This document shows positions 60,096 to 64,000 of a DNA stretch of 64,000 bases, one piece after another. A program made the position numbers and the translations under genes. Position 1 is the stretch's first letter; the number at the start of each line of letters is the position of its first letter. The notes beneath the pieces were generated by a model. That model saw only the letters and a program-made list of their open reading frames with translations. It was not told where the DNA came from and did not search any database. Source of the DNA: a virus; the IMG/VR virus record IMGVR_UViG_3300031456_000002, positions 1 through 64,000 of that record; one strand, written 5' to 3'.

Positions 60096-60809
60096 ATGGC
60101 TAAGGTAATTTTAAAGGTTAATAATAATAAGGGAAGTGGTGATCCCGATCCCCTTCCATTATACAAGCCCAAAGACACTACACTTATTCAATTAAGTGAT
60201 AAAAGAAAAATAAATCCTGCCACCGGTACGCCGTATAAAACACCTGGTTCCAAGGGGATTAAGGCTAATGAAGAAGACGTTAAGGCGATAATATCGCATG
60301 CCAAGGCGAAGGGAGTTGATCCCAAGGCGGCATTGGCGATAGCGTTGCAAGAAACGAATATGGGACAGCTTGATCCTAATTATGGTTCGGCATGGTCAAC
60401 TTTTGAAGATGAAGGACTCCCGGATGACCGAAATAAATATGCTAATGTATTAGCTAAAGCAATAAAAGAAAAAATGGCATATGCTGGCGAACTTAGGGGA
60501 AAGGGCATTTTACCACAAGGGGAAGAATATGATTTGCAAACATATAATGGACTAGGGAAGCTAAGCCCTACTTTAAGAGTTGGAGGGAAATTGCAAGATG
60601 CTAGTTATTACGGGATTCCGGTTACGGCTAACAGTCCTTTAGACTTAAAAAAGAATCCAGCTTATGGGAAAATCGTACGGCAATTAAGGGATGAAGTTAT
60701 TGGAAATAATCCCCAGATATTGAAATTAATAGAAAGCACACCAGCCTATGGGCAGACGGCAGCCGCACCGAATCCAGCCCAAAAGGTGATGCTTTCAGTC
60801 CGAAAATAA
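60096..60809 (+). CDS. lytic transglycosylase/lysozyme-like virion protein
   Basis: AKAKGVDPKAALAIALQET (catalytic Glu helix) and LQTYNGLG. Confidence 0.6.
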   Translation: MAKVILKVNNNKGSGDPDPLPLYKPKDTTLIQLSDKRKINPATGTPYKTPGSKGIKANEEDVKAIISHAKAKGVDPKAALAIALQETNMGQLDPNYGSAWSTFEDEGLPDDRNKYANVLAKAIKEKMAYAGELRGKGILPQGEEYDLQTYNGLGKLSPTLRVGGKLQDASYYGIPVTANSPLDLKKNPAYGKIVRQLRDEVIGNNPQILKLIESTPAYGQTAAAPNPAQKVMLSVRK

Positions 60810-60844
60810 ACAGTAATTTTAGTTAATATTATAATGTATAATCT

Positions 60845-61354
60845 ATGGCATTCAACGGGAATTTTACTGTGGCGAGCTTGATAGTTCCAGGAAGCTTCAC
60901 TATTACGGATTCGTCAACTGGGTCCGATATAAATTTAACCGGGAGGACTATAAGTTTATTCCAGGCATCAGGCGTATTGTTGGGAGGGGCCACTATTGAT
61001 TTTCCGTTATCAAGCGGCTCATCAATAACACTGAATGTATTAAACGTTGATCTCTGTTTATTGATACTTATAACGTGGCAATCATCTGCACCATTATCGC
61101 CGCCATCAACTTATAGTGCATCAGGATTATTCAACTTTGTAGGCAATTCAAGAGCTTTTGAAGATCAACAAATAGGGGCCATTCAATCAAATCCGGGAAT
61201 ACTTCAAGATACTAATTTCTACAATTCATTAGGAATTTTACAGACGGATATAGACTGTAGTATTCAAGCAGCAAGTATGGGCCAGCAATCAAGTGCCCAA
61301 GCTGCCCTTTCGCGTATTCAATCTATGATTGTTAATCAAAGCAAGTTATTCTAA
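60845..61354 (+). CDS. tail structural protein
   Basis: S/T/G-rich, FTITDSSTG motif, position in the tail region. Confidence 0.5.
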   Translation: MAFNGNFTVASLIVPGSFTITDSSTGSDINLTGRTISLFQASGVLLGGATIDFPLSSGSSITLNVLNVDLCLLILITWQSSAPLSPPSTYSASGLFNFVGNSRAFEDQQIGAIQSNPGILQDTNFYNSLGILQTDIDCSIQAASMGQQSSAQAALSRIQSMIVNQSKLF

Positions 61355-61956
61355 TGGCGTATACAGTAACCGAAATATTGCAGATAGCCAACATATGCGA
61401 ATTTTTGGCGGCTGATAATCAATCGCAGGGATATTTGTTTCGTGGGAATTATGAACGAACCGGACTTTCAAGATTGATCTATCTAGTAAAAAGTAGCGTG
61501 AATTGGCTGAATAGTTATAATCCTTCCAATAGTACTTTATTAGGGAAGGCCAATTATCTTTTTTCATTATGTCAGCCATTTGTGGGGCAAGCATTACAGA
61601 TAATAGGAAGTGGAGGAAACGGGACAATCGCTAATCCGGCAACGGGTGTTATTTCAACGATAGAAGTGGTGTATCTGGAATTTATCGTAGGGGTTACGTC
61701 TTCCCCACAGACTGTCAACGGCGAAAGTGTAACGTTGCCCGTTGATGGGGAGTCTCAGATCATTTTACCTATTCCGGACATTTTGAATAAATCCATAAGT
61801 GTCACTAAGGATAATGTTCCGCTACCCATTGCATTTAATGATAGGGAATCATTTACACCTATTTATACAACCCCCAGCGTTACAATAAGCGTCAATGTGC
61901 CATTCCAGGACGGTGATCTTTTTGTAATTCAGGGTCTTCAATATGTAACCGCATGA
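61354..61956 (+). CDS. tail structural protein (fibre adaptor-like)
   Basis: Beta-rich C-terminal domain (PFQDGD); its stop overlaps the start of the next gene. Confidence 0.5.
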   Translation: MAYTVTEILQIANICEFLAADNQSQGYLFRGNYERTGLSRLIYLVKSSVNWLNSYNPSNSTLLGKANYLFSLCQPFVGQALQIIGSGGNGTIANPATGVISTIEVVYLEFIVGVTSSPQTVNGESVTLPVDGESQIILPIPDILNKSISVTKDNVPLPIAFNDRESFTPIYTTPSVTISVNVPFQDGDLFVIQGLQYVTA

Positions 61957-64000
61957 GATATGTAATATATATAGTATTGTTTCTTTGCGTTTGCCAATGT
62001 GCTATTGGCCAAAGTAACCCATCTGGATTTCCTACACAAAACTCTACTGGATGGTTTAGACACGGCTGGGATCAATCGGATTCGGGAACTGTTTTAGCGC
62101 CACGTCTCCCTAATTTCACCCCACGGTTCCCTGGAACCACAATATTATATCAAAATGCAGGGACAGATACTTCAATCCACTATTGGACGGGTGGCAGATG
62201 GATTAAGATAAGTGCAGCAGGGACAGATACTACATCATTAAGCAATAGAATAAACCTTAAGCTAAATATTTCGGATACCATAGGCGCATGGTTAGCACAA
62301 TCTACCCGGTTAGTGGATACTATGTATCGGGTAAATGATTCTACTGTAGGATATACTATTAAGGGAAGTCCGTATACGTTTCAAATATTGGGCGGTTTTT
62401 CAGGTGGTGGCGGCGGTTCTGGTACTGTAACAAGTGTAGCCCTCTCGATGCCATCTGCATTTACGGTAACTGGATCACCAATTACAGGAGCCGGAACTTT
62501 TGCCGTAACAGGGGCTGGAACTTCATTACAATATATTCGAGGGAACGGAACATTAGCAACATTTGATACTACTGCTATACCTAATTTCTATTTAAAAGTG
62601 CGCGGTTTATTAACAGGTACATCACCAATTACATTTAGTCAAACTACAGGAGCAATTGGAATAAATAATGCCACGGCTACAGGTACAAAAGGAGCTGCCG
62701 CATTTACTGGTTCATTTTCTGACAATGGAAGTGGGTTAATAGATCTCCTTAGTCTCATAACTGCAAGTAGCTGTACTAATTGTAATTTAACATTTGACGC
62801 AAAAGGAAGAATAACGGCTGCATCAAATGGCTCGGGCGGCAGCGGTTCTTCAGATACTGCATTTAATGGGTTAACTAAAATAGCAGATACTATTCAATTA
62901 GGTGGTGCATTTACTAAAATAGATACATTAGATGCAGGCTTATTCCATCTTAAAATTACCGGAGCAAGAGTAGGAGGAGGTGTTTTGGAAGTAAATAATA
63001 CAGGATCAGATTATGCGGCAACATTTGAAAGTGCAGGGAGTAATACAATCTTAGCAACGGCCTCAACTGGGAATTATGTTGCAGATTTGTTGATGAACTC
63101 ATCATCAACAAATGATGTAGAGGCCATCTTGAAGATACGCAGGGAAAGTACATCCACTCCTGTCAATGGAATTGGGGGCGCAATAGATTATGTAACTGAA
63201 TCTACGGCAGCAACTACTACATCTAATAGATTAATATCCATTTGGACAGACGCTACTACGGGATCGCGCACATCGCAATTTGAAATTTGGGGTGTAAATA
63301 ATGCCACTACTGCAAGGAAATCGGCTATTGCAGGGAATGGTCAATGGACATGGGATGGATACCCTGCATTAACACAACAAACAGACACAACGAATATTAA
63401 GCCTATTGGGTATAATACTACAACAGGATTAATACAGCCCATGGCTAATTGGATGGGAGGTGGTGGATCAGTTGATACAGTATTTTCAACTTACGTTGCA
63501 TATGTAGATACTCTTGGAAGTGATGTAACAGGAGCTATTAATAATCCGGCAAAGCCATTTGCTACTATTAACGGCGCTCTTATTGCCACTTCATCGTTGT
63601 TCATATGTACTGTCTCAATAGGAATGGGAACGTTTAATGCCCCGGATTCAGCTAACATGAGGTCAAATATATGGTTCCGTGGTAGTGGGATGCCAGCGGC
63701 CAATGATACGGTTACTGTAAATGCATACTATAACAATACCATACAAGCCCCAACTAAACTACTTGGAGGAACAATAATAAGAGGTTCTTTTATTATTCCC
63801 TTCAATAGAGAAAACATACATTGTACAGACTTTGGTGTGGATGTAGGCTCCAATTGGGTTACTAATTTTAATTCTGGAACCGAAGTGGATGGGTTTTTAT
63901 GTGCCCAATATTTCAATCCGGCTGGGGGTCAACCATCCGCTGACGGAAAGCATCAACTGCAAATAAATACAAAACCTCGTAGAGGGATGCTATTCCAAAA
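61953..64000 (+). CDS. tail fibre/spike-like protein with N-terminal Sec signal peptide (at least 682 aa, truncated by the window; not in the ORF track)
   Basis: Open frame from ATG 61953 to the window end. Signal MRYVIYIVLFLCVCQCAIG|Q; fibre motifs GSGTVTSVALSMPSAFTVTGSPIT and LTFDAKGRITAASNG; beta-helix-entry motif YVDTLGSD...PAKPFATINGAL. Confidence 0.8.
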   Translation, partial: MRYVIYIVLFLCVCQCAIGQSNPSGFPTQNSTGWFRHGWDQSDSGTVLAPRLPNFTPRFPGTTILYQNAGTDTSIHYWTGGRWIKISAAGTDTTSLSNRINLKLNISDTIGAWLAQSTRLVDTMYRVNDSTVGYTIKGSPYTFQILGGFSGGGGGSGTVTSVALSMPSAFTVTGSPITGAGTFAVTGAGTSLQYIRGNGTLATFDTTAIPNFYLKVRGLLTGTSPITFSQTTGAIGINNATATGTKGAAAFTGSFSDNGSGLIDLLSLITASSCTNCNLTFDAKGRITAASNGSGGSGSSDTAFNGLTKIADTIQLGGAFTKIDTLDAGLFHLKITGARVGGGVLEVNNTGSDYAATFESAGSNTILATASTGNYVADLLMNSSSTNDVEAILKIRRESTSTPVNGIGGAIDYVTESTAATTTSNRLISIWTDATTGSRTSQFEIWGVNNATTARKSAIAGNGQWTWDGYPALTQQTDTTNIKPIGYNTTTGLIQPMANWMGGGGSVDTVFSTYVAYVDTLGSDVTGAINNPAKPFATINGALIATSSLFICTVSIGMGTFNAPDSANMRSNIWFRGSGMPAANDTVTVNAYYNNTIQAPTKLLGGTIIRGSFIIPFNRENIHCTDFGVDVGSNWVTNFNSGTEVDGFLCAQYFNPAGGQPSADGKHQLQINTKPRRGMLFQ

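Noticed and set aside
1-64000. Genome-wide stop-codon reassignment as in some crAss-like phages
   Set aside because: Long genes are intact in the standard code, and TAG and TGA terminate well-defined genes.

Overview
This 64 kb window is a gene-dense fragment of a tailed dsDNA phage of a Bacteroidota host. The host call rests on repeated TTTG-N19-21-TAnnTTTG promoters, a Bacteroidota-type RecA and signal peptides followed by Gln. Bases 1-7.1 kb run leftward: a nuclease, an exonuclease, many small hypothetical genes and a cluster of structured non-coding RNAs, two of them tRNA-like. A non-coding switch at about 8.2-8.8 kb shows a strand-skew flip, palindromes and repeats. The rightward arm then carries an HTH-RecA fusion, an HD hydrolase, many small genes and a replication module (initiator, primase-polymerase/helicase, SSB). 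After these come a methyltransferase/glycosyltransferase cluster, GroEL with GroES-like genes, and a podovirus-type virion module (portal, TerL, MCP, tail rings, nozzle, ejection proteins, transglycosylase). The window ends in a tail-fibre-like gene cut by the edge. Six free-standing homing-endonuclease-like genes are present; I saw no integrase, DNA polymerase or CRISPR array. The best leads are: (1) a tail fibre with a Sec signal peptide and dense Bacteroidota O-glycosylation sequons, plus a signal-peptide-bearing chaperone-like protein; (2) an array of stem-closed ncRNAs punctuated by non-canonical tRNA mimics; (3) the XRE-HTH-RecA fusion behind an 11-copy repeat promoter; (4) a one-domain DnaN mimic; (5) kissing-loop leaders ahead of endonuclease genes. 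All calls come from reading motifs by eye; no searches or folding programs were run.
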